From NCBI GenBank assembly GCA_964619725.1, contig CAZUFC010000169.1, positions 1-15,931 of the forward strand: DNA of 15,931 nt. Reading direction: 5' to 3'. This stretch comes from an uncultured bacterium (GTDB lineage Bacteria > CSSED10-310 > CAZUFC01). The notes under the pieces were generated by a model. The model had not been told where the DNA came from. It saw only the letters and a list, made by a program, of their open reading frames with translations, and ran no database searches. The position numbers were made by a program, and so were the translations under genes. Position 1 is the first letter of the stretch. The number at the start of each line of letters is the position of its first letter. Below are positions 15,629 through 15,931 of this stretch, in pieces.

Positions 15629-15931
15629 GTGAACAGCATTAGAAGAAACAGATCATTACATCTTACTTTGGTTTTGTTATTCGCTGTTTTCATCATATTC
15701 TTTCTTCTGATCTTCCTGGCATCAGGAAAAGGCGTTTCAGAAGAGAGAAAAATAAAAATATCGCAGGATTTGGATAAAAACGGTTCATGGCAAGAAAACG
15801 AAAATAATCCGCCAACTCTCCTGGTTCCGGAAGAAACGAGAGAAATTGAATTTCGCGTAACAGTCCAATACGAACCCACTGAAAAAATTAAAAAGAAATT
15901 GATCCAATTGGGTTCTCTCAATACAGATGCG
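15629..15931 (+). CDS. Membrane-anchored hypothetical protein, 5' part only (continues beyond window)
   Basis: Frame is open from GTG at 15620/15629 to the window end: MNSIRRNRSLHLTLVLLFAVFIIFFLLIFLASGKGVSEERK...EIEFRVTVQY... Basic N-terminus plus one TM helix. It abuts the upstream stop (15627), with AAGGTG as possible SD. Confidence 0.75.
   Translation, partial: MNSIRRNRSLHLTLVLLFAVFIIFFLLIFLASGKGVSEERKIKISQDLDKNGSWQENENNPPTLLVPEETREIEFRVTVQYEPTEKIKKKLIQLGSLNTDA

Noticed and set aside
15376-15921. 181-aa minus-strand ORF
   Set aside because: Antisense to the Hsp70-like C-terminus and to the better-supported plus-strand TM gene starting at about 15629.

Overview
An AT-rich bacterial accessory region with two divergent gene clusters separated by about 0.9 kb of intergenic DNA. 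On the minus strand is a coupled two-gene unit. The first gene is an HD-family (HD-CE-like) phosphohydrolase with a DUF928-like C-terminus. The second is a probably exported protein joining an EreA/ChaN/TIKI-like metallohydrolase domain to a degenerate CHAT/caspase-like His-Cys domain. On the plus strand is a small two-TM gene and then a tightly packed operon that runs off the window: double zinc ribbon + PQQ-like beta-propeller, secreted vWA/MIDAS protein, single-TM protein with an acidic tail, small multi-TM protein, a ~1100 aa FtsZ/tubulin-like (Tubulin_2/FtsZl1-type) GTPase, a zinc ribbon + Ig-like + Hsp70-like ATPase fusion, and the start of another membrane-anchored protein that the ORF track misses. 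The plus-strand operon looks like an uncharacterised envelope-spanning tubulin/vWA/Hsp70 system (membrane remodelling, stress or conflict; function is inference). No rRNA, tRNA, CRISPR array or transposase was seen. All domain calls come from reading motifs by eye, not from database searches.
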